A stretch of 64,000 nt of DNA from Tortispora ganteri (Eukaryota): NCBI GenBank assembly GCA_003707115.1, contig PPNB01000013.1, positions 62,001 to 126,000 of the forward strand. The letters are read 5' to 3'. Below are positions 32,007-41,555 of this stretch, piece by piece. The translations under genes were made by a program, and so were the position numbers. Positions within the stretch are counted from its first letter, which is position 1, and each line of letters opens with the position of its first letter. Below the pieces are notes generated by a model. It was not told where the DNA came from and made no database searches. It saw nothing but the letters and a program-made list of their open reading frames with translations.

Positions 32007-34067
32007 TTACTCGTAGTTTCCTCTGTTAACGATATTCTGCTGGATCTGCGAAGATTGCTGTTGGTTCACGTTCGGAGAGCCATTCTGCTGGCGGGGTATA
32101 TTCATAGAGTAATTCATGCCCATAGGAGAGTTTACGCTGTTCATATTTATGGGGTTATTTCCCATGTTAGATATGCTGTTGCCCATAGTTGAACTGGTCA
32201 ATGATTGAGCGTACTGTCCGGCTCGCAATTTCGCCTGCATTTCTTCTGACAGTTGCGGGGAAATACGGCTTTGCGCACTTTGCTGCTGTCGCTGTTGTTG
32301 CTGCAAACGCAAAAGCATCTGCTCTTGTGGAGTCATGTTTGCAATTTGCTGCTGCATCTGCTGCATGGAGTGTTGTGTAGGTGTGACCTGCCGTGGTTGT
32401 GCTGATTGTTGTCTTTGTTGTTGTTGTTGCTGTTGCTGTTGCTGTTGTTGCTGTTGTATTTGGAGTTGCATTTGAGGGCTCTGCATATCGTTCATTCGCA
32501 TCTGCTGCATACGCTGCTGAGCAGACACAGATCGGTTTTGGCTTGCGGGCTTTCCGCCAATAGGGATAGCGGGGTTTATAGGCGGCGACTGCATAGATAG
32601 GCCATTTTGTGCCTGTTTTCTGCGTTCCATTTGAGCCTGTTGAAGCGCTCTGGTATGAGCCTGTTGAGCCCTAAGAAGCTGTTGCTGTTGCTGTTGAGGT
32701 GAGAGGCTAGCTGTTTGTTGCAACATTTGAATTTGTTGAGGAGTCAAGTTTCCTTGAGAATTGACAGGAGAGGAACGCGCTTGCGGGGACGAGCGTGCTT
32801 GTGCAGCAAGACGTTCACGGTCCATAAATTGTTGTTGCTGCTGCTGTTGTTGCTGCTGTTGTTGCTGCTGTTGCTGTTGTCGTTGTTGCTGTTGCTGTTG
32901 CTGTTGCTGTCGTTGCTGTTGTTGCTGCTGTTGTCGTTGCTGCTGCGGCGGCTGTTGTTGTTGTTGCTGTTGCTGCTGCTGCTGCTGCTGTTGCTGCTTC
33001 TGTAGTTGCAGCTGAGGCGTTTGCAGCTGCGGCTGCTGTTGTGATTGTTGCTGCTGAGAAGAAACAACACGATTGGCAATGGGTGCAGGAGAGTTAATCA
33101 TTGCAGCCTGAGCTGTGTTCCGCGATACTGGAATCTTTGTTTGTTTTGGCGGGTGAGATTTGCGGAATGCCTCTACAAAATTGAGCAGCCAGAACTGAGA
33201 TGAGCGCGCTGGAGGAGCTTCATCGAGCATAAGCATAGTTTCGAGTTCAGCAGAGTCGTGGTGCGCAATGTCCTGGTAGAGAGGACGATGTAATGGTCCA
33301 GTTTCTGCAGGAACTGGCATATGCTCAGTATGAGGCAAAATATTTAAGAATTGAGGATCGAACAAGTCAATATCTGGCACGGAGCAGTCAACGTTGCGAT
33401 ACATAAGAGTGAGAAACTCTGCCTCCATAGTGAGAGAGATCTGGTCTGTAAAACGAAACCCAGCTGTGTCTGCATAGAAAAACATATCGTGCCATAATGA
33501 CACTGGGAATGGACGGAGTATTGATCTGTACTTTTTAGGTCCTTTAGGTTGCGGTGATGTGTCTGATTGTTTGGAGTCGTTTGCAGGGAAATGATTGTCA
33601 ATTTTAGATTTTACAGTGTCAGCTTTAGTGTGGTCAATGATTTCGAGAATAATGGAGCCCTCGTAAAAGCGCAGACCGCAGTCTCGGAATACTTCGACAG
33701 CAGCAGGTGGGATGAGACCCCTAAGCGTGCACGATAAGAACTCTTTGATTAAAGGGCTATTCTTTGGAATAACGTAATCGCTGTCGCCAAACCGATATTG
33801 TGTTGAATAAATGTGAAATACAAGACTCGGTGCAGCCGAAGAGTATTTACTCAGTAATTCTTCAGCAGTTTCGGCAAATTTGTAGTGTCGAAGTGGCCTA
33901 GTAGGCCTTGAAGGCTTTGATTGCTGCTGTTGTTGTTGATTTGACCCTTTGTGGTCGCTTTTCAGGCGCTTTTTCGACGGCTCATCAGACTCGTCATCAG
34001 AATCTTTTACAATTCGTCGTCGAAGACCTGAATTACTCAGAACGGATGGACTAGAAATACCCGCCAT
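32007..34067 (-). CDS. SPT20: SAGA subunit Spt20 with polyQ C-terminus
   Basis: LL.KY....PSL.FHIY...YRF, FL.....G.IP....EVFRD....FYEG.IILEI.DH, Y..ILRP...SLW.D, then Q-rich tail. Confidence 0.85.
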   Translation of the reverse strand: MAGISSPSVLSNSGLRRRIVKDSDDESDEPSKKRLKSDHKGSNQQQQQQSKPSRPTRPLRHYKFAETAEELLSKYSSAAPSLVFHIYSTQYRFGDSDYVIPKNSPLIKEFLSCTLRGLIPPAAVEVFRDCGLRFYEGSIILEIIDHTKADTVKSKIDNHFPANDSKQSDTSPQPKGPKKYRSILRPFPVSLWHDMFFYADTAGFRFTDQISLTMEAEFLTLMYRNVDCSVPDIDLFDPQFLNILPHTEHMPVPAETGPLHRPLYQDIAHHDSAELETMLMLDEAPPARSSQFWLLNFVEAFRKSHPPKQTKIPVSRNTAQAAMINSPAPIANRVVSSQQQQSQQQPQLQTPQLQLQKQQQQQQQQQQQQQQQPPQQQRQQQQQQQRQQQQQQQQQRQQQQQQQQQQQQQQQQQFMDRERLAAQARSSPQARSSPVNSQGNLTPQQIQMLQQTASLSPQQQQQQLLRAQQAHTRALQQAQMERRKQAQNGLSMQSPPINPAIPIGGKPASQNRSVSAQQRMQQMRMNDMQSPQMQLQIQQQQQQQQQQQQQQRQQSAQPRQVTPTQHSMQQMQQQIANMTPQEQMLLRLQQQQRQQQSAQSRISPQLSEEMQAKLRAGQYAQSLTSSTMGNSISNMGNNPINMNSVNSPMGMNYSMNIPRQQNGSPNVNQQQSSQIQQNIVNRGNYE
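32829..32998 (-). repeat. Mixed CAG/CAA polyglutamine tract in SPT20
   Basis: (TGC/TGT)n on the + strand. A second shorter tract lies at about 32406-32456. Confidence 0.9.
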
Positions 34068-34875
34068 CTAATTATGAAGTATACAAGGATACTAGGTGTG
34101 TGTGTATAATAGGGTCGACGACTGACTTTGACCCTCTTCTTCCCCGATTGTCTATGGCATAGCAACGTACAACAGCTCCTCAATACTGACCCTCTTTCTT
34201 TGATTAATACACGGAAATTGCTTGTCTTTTAATTAGAATAAAAGTCTAATAATTCTGCTTAAATGTTTTGCAACAACTAATGCGTTACTGCGGGATGTGG
34301 TTATACTGCGTGTTAACTGATTGTTAATGCCGAGCTTGTCGACCTACCTCTCGTGATCCCCATCACCTTACTAGAAGATTTCTATTGCTGTCAAAACTTA
34401 ATCATTCTTAAAGGAAAAGTTCCGATTTTCTTTAAAGTCTGTAAATATAACTAAAGTAGCCGAAATCCCGTACAAACGAGCCTTTCTATGCAAACAACCA
34501 CCAATTCCTCGGTGAAAACTTTACTACAATGTTACCCTAACCTTACTTTAAATTATCTGATGGTTCTTTAGAGGCTTGTGCCGTGATCTTTATTCTACAT
34601 ACTTTTCTATAATACATTTGCATAGCAAGCAGCTAGATATTATTTTACTAAATTATGTTATTTTGCCCGATCTGACCTCCAGTTCGTGGTGAAACCTTTC
34701 AGCGGATAAGTTTCCCTACCGAAAAAACTATGATTAAAAATAAGGTGAACCAATAGCAGCGCCTATATGGATAAGGTTAGATCTCTTGCCCGATCTTTCC
34801 CCCATTTTCTTTATAAGCTCATAGCCTATCCCCTCTCCTCCGTTTTTTTCACTAAAGGCGACTTATCGTGCAAAG

Positions 34876-36603
34876 ATGAAGCTAAATATCCTTGCTTTTG
34901 CCGCGGCAATGGCAAATGCTGCACCTATTGGTGAGGAAACATTTTTTAAAGGTGATCCTCGTGACGTCAATACGGCGGCAATCCTTGCCCGCAAACTGAT
35001 CCACTACAATGCCATATCCACTGTTTCAACTATCCAGCAGGAAGGTGAATTCAAGAACTACCCTCTTGGACTCATGGAGTACTATGCTGACTGTTCATTA
35101 AATGGTGAACCTACTTATCTTTTAATCGAAATAAGTTCCGTATACCGCCAATGGGCCGCGGGTTCTCCTATTGCAATGGAAGTACACACTGGTCGTCTTT
35201 CTGGTAGAAAAGGCTTAGAATCACAAGGCCTTGCAGCTGCACCGCGCGTGTCCCTTCAAGGAAATTTCAGCCTTTTAGATACAGATTCTTACTCGGATGA
35301 AGAAATGTTCGCTCTAGAAACCTGCTTTTTACGTCACCACCCTGATGCTGTGGCTTGGCTCCCTGGCAAGTCCATTTCTCACTCTGCGAAATGGGCTAAG
35401 TTCGATGTCGAACGCGTATACTGGATTGGCGGTTTTGGCAACGTCGCTTATATTGGCGATATTGATGTCGAACTATACAAGAATGTTTCTATTGATGTTA
35501 TTCAACATCCGCATGGTCCTCATGGAGAAGAGGTCTTTGGAGCTAACGCAATGCAAGTTCCACTTGAGCCGGAACACGGTGCCGAGTTTAAGAAGTATCA
35601 TCCTGGTATGACTTACCATGACGTTGACGAAGTACATGGTGCTGAATTCCAGAAGAACCATCCTGGAATGAAGTATCACGAGTTCGACGAAGAACACGGT
35701 GCTGAGTTTAAGAAGAACCATCCTGGAATGAAGTACCACGAGTTCAACGAAGAACACGGCGCTGAGTTTAAGAAGAACCATCCTGGAATGAAGTATCACG
35801 AGTTCGACGAAGAACATGGTGCTGAGTTCAAGAAGAACCATCCTGGAATGAAGTATCACGAAGTCGATGAAGAACACGGCGCTGAATTCAAGAAGAACCA
35901 TCCTGGAATGAAATACCACAAATCAGAGGACCAACATGGCGCTGAATTCAAGAAGCATCATCCTGGAATGAAGTATCACAAATCAGAGGACCAACATGGC
36001 GCTGAGTTCAAGAAGCATCATCCTGGAATGAAGTATCATGATTTCGACGAAGAACACGGTGCTGAGTTCAAGAAGAACCATCCTGGAATGAAGTATCACC
36101 AGTTCGACGAAGAACATGGTGCTGAGTTCAAGAAGAACCATCCTGGAATGAAGTATCACGAGTTCGACGAAGAACACGGCGCTGAATTCAAGAAGAACCA
36201 TCCTGGAATGAAGTATCACGAGTTCGACGAAGAACACGGCGCTGAATTCAAGAAGAACCATCCTGGAATGAAATACCACGAAGTCGACGAAGAACATGGT
36301 GCTGAGTTCAAGAAGAACCATCCTGGAATGAAGTATCACGAGTTCGACGAAGAACACGGCGCTGAATTCAAGAAGAACCATCCTGGAATGAAATACCACG
36401 AAGTCGACGAAGAACATGGTGCTGAGTTCAAGAAGAACCATCCTGGAATGAAGTATCATCAAGGAGGACTTGGACACAAGCTCATGAAGATACTCAAAGG
36501 AGAGAAGTGCAACCGTAAAGCTAAGCTTTATCAGGCTGAAGAAAGCGAGAGTATTCTTGCCCCGTTTTACTCTTTTGTGAACGGGCTTGTTGGCTACTTT
36601 TAA
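34876..36603 (+). CDS. Signal-peptide CREG-like (pyridoxamine 5'-phosphate oxidase-like split barrel) protein with 15 x 20-aa His-rich C-terminal repeats
   Basis: Signal peptide; AAILARKL, P.GLMEYYADC...GEPT.L, PRVSL.G, CFLRHHPDA..WLPG, VYWIGGFG..AYIG.I match the fungal CREG-like family; then the repeat array and a short hydrophobic tail. Confidence 0.85.
   Translation: MKLNILAFAAAMANAAPIGEETFFKGDPRDVNTAAILARKLIHYNAISTVSTIQQEGEFKNYPLGLMEYYADCSLNGEPTYLLIEISSVYRQWAAGSPIAMEVHTGRLSGRKGLESQGLAAAPRVSLQGNFSLLDTDSYSDEEMFALETCFLRHHPDAVAWLPGKSISHSAKWAKFDVERVYWIGGFGNVAYIGDIDVELYKNVSIDVIQHPHGPHGEEVFGANAMQVPLEPEHGAEFKKYHPGMTYHDVDEVHGAEFQKNHPGMKYHEFDEEHGAEFKKNHPGMKYHEFNEEHGAEFKKNHPGMKYHEFDEEHGAEFKKNHPGMKYHEVDEEHGAEFKKNHPGMKYHKSEDQHGAEFKKHHPGMKYHKSEDQHGAEFKKHHPGMKYHDFDEEHGAEFKKNHPGMKYHQFDEEHGAEFKKNHPGMKYHEFDEEHGAEFKKNHPGMKYHEFDEEHGAEFKKNHPGMKYHEVDEEHGAEFKKNHPGMKYHEFDEEHGAEFKKNHPGMKYHEVDEEHGAEFKKNHPGMKYHQGGLGHKLMKILKGEKCNRKAKLYQAEESESILAPFYSFVNGLVGYF
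35572..36459 (+). repeat. Coding tandem array, 60-bp unit, about 15 copies (consensus EEHGAEFKKNHPGMKYHEFD)
   Basis: Exact 60-bp periodicity with no indels. 36241-36300 is identical to 36361-36420, and 36121-36180 is identical to 36301-36360. Confidence 0.97.
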
Positions 36604-36690
36604 ATTGTTTACAAGACGCGCGACAATATTTGCGCGACAATATTCAGCAAAATAGTACTACATGGATAACGTACATGCACATATGAGTCA

Positions 36691-36692
<2 letters not shown>

Positions 36693-36727
<35 letters not shown>
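36693..36727. repeat. (AT)17 microsatellite
   Basis: Perfect dinucleotide run between two convergent gene ends. Confidence 0.95.
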
Positions 36728-36730
<3 letters not shown>

Positions 36731-36774
36731 GTTTATAAAGGAACTACCTGTACCGATGTGTAAACAGTAATGCA

Positions 36775-36975
36775 TTATTTATCTTTTGGATCTTTCACGT
36801 CTTTGTCAAGCGTACGACTTATACTTGCGAACATTGCACACTGCAGAGCGCCGTATCGGCCCATGTACTCGGATTGAGCCTTTGTAACAGAAAGCAAATT
36901 CTCTAGATCATCGGTTTTGGCATTCAAAGTAGCTAATTGGGCGTTAATGTGAGAAACTAAACGCGATTTCGACAT
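36775..36975 (-). CDS. HSK3: DASH/Dam1 complex subunit Hsk3 (66 aa)
   Basis: From ATG 36975: KSRLVSHINAQLATLNAKTDDLENLLSVTKAQSEYMGRYGALQCAMF, matching the Hsk3 pattern (QLA.L.....D.ENLL..T..Q.EYM...G). Confidence 0.75.
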   Translation of the reverse strand: MSKSRLVSHINAQLATLNAKTDDLENLLSVTKAQSEYMGRYGALQCAMFASISRTLDKDVKDPKDK

Positions 36976-37090
36976 CCCGTGTTGCGTGAGGTGCAATCGG
37001 AAGGTAAGGTTGACAGGTAAAGGGAGGGTCAACCTTGTGGAAGGTGTTAGTGCAAAGAACGAACCAGAGGCGAATGGCAAGCGAAATGGT

Positions 37091-37543
37091 CTATAATCGG
37101 GAAATTATCCATTGAATGGCATCGAATTTGTCTCCGTACACAACAGCGCCAGATTGCCAATCAACAGTGAGGGGGCGTTTTAAGCGGTCCGGGGACAGCT
37201 TGATCAGCGAGGCGGTCGACTGAACGTCTGCGGTAGGCGAATCAACAAGTTGTGCCAAAATTGCCTGGATAACTTGTTTTGATTCAGCACTGTCTTCACT
37301 TGCAGTTGCAGAAGTCTTTGGCAACGCGCTGAATCCGGCGTCAGGTAGACCCAGTGGGGGACTGGCAATGAATTTGACGAGTGTGTCAAGTTGATCAGCA
37401 GTAGGCGTAGAAGTAAGGACTTCGAGATCAAATTTCTCCAGTTTATTCTTTTGAAGATATTCTAAAACATTCACAGATTTAGGCACAGAAGCAGAGTGAA
37501 ATAGCGTCAATGTGGGTTTGTATTTTGCCCATCCTCGGAACAT
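37091..37543 (-). CDS. FMP46: Mitochondrial thioredoxin-like protein (DUF1687)
   Basis: MFR N-terminus, TLFH......S, FDLEV....PT.DQL, RPLTVDW..G. Confidence 0.78.
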   Translation of the reverse strand: MFRGWAKYKPTLTLFHSASVPKSVNVLEYLQKNKLEKFDLEVLTSTPTADQLDTLVKFIASPPLGLPDAGFSALPKTSATASEDSAESKQVIQAILAQLVDSPTADVQSTASLIKLSPDRLKRPLTVDWQSGAVVYGDKFDAIQWIISRL

Positions 37544-37755
37544 GACGGATGTTGAATGTTAAAAAGTGTACAAAAGTTGGTCTACAGGGGGGCAATATAT
37601 AGTAGCGGGATCATAATTGATCGTAAACTAGGAGCTTTCGAAAGAAAAAAAACAAATGTATAAAAAAATTACACATTCGAAAAAGCTGAGTCTCCTATTA
37701 TAAGGCTTTTTATTGGTTTAGGATAAATGAGTTCATGAAAAAGAAAGCTGAATGT

Positions 37756-38092
37756 TTAAGCAGTAGTATTGACATTCATGCGACGCTTACCACCAACCAT
37801 GTTGACAGCTGACTGGAAGCGACGGTTGTACAGTACGCGCTTGTAAGCACGTCCTTTAGGCTTCTTGGGCTTCTCTTGTTTGTCGACTTTAGGGGTCTGA
37901 GATTTGACCTTTCCTGCACGAGTAAGCGATCCGTGAACTTTTGCCTAGTCAATGTTAGTATTCTTGTTTCGGCTTTTCCGGTGACAAAAAAAGATATGGA
38001 AATTACTCTCAACGCAAAATACTATTAATACAATGGCATTCATAGCGTTAAATAGCTTCTTTTGCCAATATCTACATGATGTTACTTACCAT
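37756..38092 (-). CDS. RPS30: 40S ribosomal protein S30 (63 aa), spliced: exon 1 38090-38092 (ATG), intron 37945-38089, exon 2 37756-37944
   Basis: Exon 2 translates as [43 protein letters not shown]...; the intron is ATG|GTAAGT...TACTAAC-ATTGAC-TAG|GCA. Not in the ORF track. Confidence 0.96.
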
Positions 38093-38223
38093 TGTGTGTG
38101 ATTATAGATCGCAAGTGTTGCGTGTTGCGTGGATATAGCCCTCTCCTGGTAACCGCAATCCTCGCCGCCGTGACTGCGAAATACCGCTAGGGCTGTGACT
38201 CCCACATAGCAACATTCACTTTT

Positions 38224-38237
38224 TTACCCTTAACCCT
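38224..38237. promoter_or_regulatory. Telobox/Tbf1/HomolE-like element TTACCCTTAACCCT in the RPS30 promoter
   Basis: About 130 bp upstream of the RPS30 ATG. An identical 14-mer occurs in reverse orientation at 58921-58934, and HomolD-like CGTGACTG is at 38169-38176. Confidence 0.5.
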
Positions 38238-41200
38238 TATGTTATGATCCACCAATCTACTGTCAAACCTATTTATGCTTAATGTAACAACTCTCCGTAT
38301 CTTGCTTTTTGACCCCTGGATGGCAGCAAATACACTAGTTTCCATCTATCTATAACTGGACCTAACATTCAATCTCAATTACGGTATCACTACACATAAT
38401 GTCTTTCTTTATGAAAATTGAAAATACCGCTGCAGCGTTAGCATTGCCTTATAACTGATTCAATTCTCACTAACCAGTTTGACGTGGCCACCGCTAGAAC
38501 TCCCTGAATATACAGGCACCTACCATAATCTGATACCTCTCAGCTAAACTACCTTCTTCATAATACGAGTGAAATTGGCACGCTAATTCGCAGGATCTAA
38601 AATGTCCGCATTCCCTTTATACCTTACAAGCTCTAACTTTAGCCGCGTTTTAGGCCACTATTGGGTGTCTGTCAATATAAGATTACTTTACCCGCACAAC
38701 ACTAATAGACTTAACTCCAATCCGCCAACTATTGATCGTCAACGATGATCCGACCTAACCGCTGTCGTTTATCATCTCGAAAGTTTCCGTGGGTATGCTA
38801 ATGAAAATGTCGCAGCATATTTTCCTATTTTATAAAAAGGTTTTACATATAACAATCGGTACTGGTGGTTGAATGCTCTTAAATCTTGTTAGTCTTATCT
38901 CTCTTTTCTAAGATCTACATCTGGAATAAACCGCGCTGTTTAGAACTTCCTCCTACGGTAACTATTATCTGGACCAATACCTAGCTTTCTTCGCTTACTT
39001 CTTCTTTTTCATTTACTTAATTGAACTTTACAGGTAATTGCAGTTTGAATTTCGAAAATTCACTCTCAAACTGTAATGAGGACAAAACTAACTATAATCA
39101 TGTTTATTAGCCCCATCCTGCTTCTATGTTCCGATGTTGCTTCAAGGAGAAGATGTCCAGCGAAACTTTCCCATTTTAAACTCCTACTGAAGCTTGTCGT
39201 TTATCATACAACTAACTTTACAAGCCTTTGATAGCTTCTGCCATGCTTATACTTAAATTAAGCATAAATACAAACGTCATAGTGCTACCCTGCAGAATAA
39301 AGGATTTGCTAACGCATCCAATGCCAAGCAATATAAGGTACGGCCTGCTCCTTTATTATCTTAGTGCAGCTTGATCATACCCTTGGAGAATAACACTTTT
39401 TGAGCGGTTATACCAGTCAAGCTCGTTTTATCACAAAAACTCACCTAATTATGCGGTATTTTTAAGTCGATCGACTTCTTGCTAGTAGGGGTCTGGTTTG
39501 CCGATTAACTTCATTGATGCAACTTGGCAGTTTGATTTGTTGCTGCTAAACTGGTATTACGAATGGCAATACGTCTCATTGGCTATCACTAAAGAATAAC
39601 CCACCACACCACGGTCCGGTGAAACTTTATGGCCGGATCTCAGCTTAAAGAACAAGCTATTAATTTATGATTATCGCTTGAAAATCATAAAAACATAGTT
39701 TGCTGACTGTCTTGCCTAGATAATATTTTATTTAGGTTTATCGGGGGAAGATGATACAATCCGATATCCAGTTATTAGCGTCAACAGTAGTTGGAAGCTA
39801 TATCTATGAGCAAGTGCACGGGCAAACTCACGGTATCTTAGGGACTTGTTCATAAAGTCGAGGATAGGTCGCAATTATATTACTAGTAATTGCTCTGTGT
39901 ACTGTTGAGAACCATACGCATGTCGTTTAGGGGTGGACTCCCGAATGCCGGAAAGCACGTTACACAAAGTAAGCGACTTGCTTACGTGTTAAAGTTTCAT
40001 ATAAAGTGTAACTTTAATATGTAAGATTGTGCATGATGCACTGCTGGTACTGTTTTTAATGATCAGTTTTTTCAGACTATATGCACCTCGCAAGCACCCT
40101 GCATCTCGATTTTACTTATTACGGCACACTCGATCGTTAAAATCATATTGACTGTTGGCTTATCAAATTTTCATAAGATACTGATATAATCATCTTATGA
40201 TTTTTTAGTTAATGCTGGAAGAATTTGAGAGAGATGAATTACTATTAAGGTTGGAGATATTGGTCCTGGTGATGTTTCCTTGGCACATGATGTTTTAAAG
40301 TGCCGATCGCGGTTTAGCGGGTTTGTATCTGTGTAATGCAATATAGATACAAGTACAGCCTAGCATTGGTCGATTTACGCAGCAGACAGAACAAGAAATT
40401 GCGAATTTGGCTCGGTATACGGCAGCCCCAGTCAGGCGGGGATTGCTTGTCGCTCTCCCCTAATTGGCACCTAGCTAATTGATATATTGATCGACGATGA
40501 TCAATTGGCGCTTGAAGCACTGCGACTAAAAACCGTATAACGTTACGATGATTGAGCCAACATCTGAGGTAGAACAAACACCGATCATGTCTTTCTGTCG
40601 TTCGTTGGTTTAAGTGCCGAAGAATTCGGAAGGAAAATCTCGAAGATTGTCATCTGCATTTCGACATCTCTTAGGCCAGTTAATTGGTTGTGGTCAAATA
40701 ACTTTGTTCTACCGGCAATCGCCCACCTTGGAGTTTCCGCCTTCTATCAGTGGGAAATTGGAGATCGGTCGGAGCTCGCTAATGCCTTAACCAATGCGCC
40801 CATACTGTGAAATGAGTTATAATTCAGTATTTTCCATTCATTAAAAATGATACGTGAAAAATGTGGATCTCCGGAAAAGAAGCGGTTCTCTGCGCATTTA
40901 ATATCTTCATATTACAGAAAGTGGGATCGCTATACCCCCACCATGCCATGCATTATATGCCTATATTTGGAATTAAGCTTCCAGATGAAAGGAACTCTCC
41001 TATAAAGTTGCCACTTATTTGCCCGATTCGCAATATTAAGTTTGGATCCTCCGGTTGCTCGTTCCCGTTAGCTCTAAACGTTAATAAGTATCAATTATCC
41101 GCGCATGTGGCTTCTAATTTTAACTCCTTTTATTTTCTCTACTTATATATATCGGATTGTAATACAATTCGCTTTATCCTCAGGTATTCACGTTGTTCAT

Positions 41201-41555
41201 CTGGCATTTGTTGCTTTTCGTTGCTTTTTGTTCGGTTTCGCAGTTTTGGAACTAGCTTTTGTTTAGCGCGCTTCCCGAGATCACTAATCTGTGAAAGTAG
41301 GTCTTTACTCTATCGCTTTAATAAGCGCCTTCTTTACTATTCAAACCAACATCTTTCGGCTACGTTCTCGTGAACAGTGTGCCATCAAATTTTATTAACT
41401 TACGTTCGCACCCTTTTGTTGCGTTCCTCATATATTGACCTGCTTCTTATTCCTCGAAGGTCGCAAAAAGTCTACTTGGTTTCTCCTTCGCTTTCTCGCC
41501 ATATAGCCACATATTTACACCTGCGTCGTTCAGGTGAGATTACGTTTTTGGTATA

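Noticed and set aside
32406..33079. Poly-Leu, poly-Cys and poly-Ser/Asn ORFs
   Set aside because: Alternate frames and strands of the SPT20 polyQ tract.
35572..36459. 60-bp periodic array as a CRISPR-like locus
   Set aside because: There are no unique spacers, the array is in frame within a eukaryotic CDS with mostly synonymous variation, and no cas genes are present.
35473..36477. Hydrophobic repeat ORFs on the minus strand
   Set aside because: Antisense reading of the 60-bp array; the substitution pattern is synonymous only in the + frame.
37828..37830. Alternative CUG (Ser/Ala) decoding
   Set aside because: The CTG codon in Rps30 KRVLY sits at a position that is Leu in homologues; only one site was checked.
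37776..38012. 78-aa minus-strand ORF in the track
   Set aside because: Wrong frame of RPS30 running through its intron.
37945..38089. Intronic snoRNA in RPS30
   Set aside because: No box C/D pair or convincing H/ACA architecture.
40302..40766. Loz1-type GNMGATC elements upstream of the C2H2 gene
   Set aside because: Two matches of a short degenerate motif are within chance expectation.
40861..41373. 170-aa ATG-initiated ORF upstream of the C2H2 gene
   Set aside because: Phe/Cys/Leu-rich composition typical of translated T-rich promoter or 5' UTR sequence, with no motif. A uORF role cannot be excluded without ribosome profiling.
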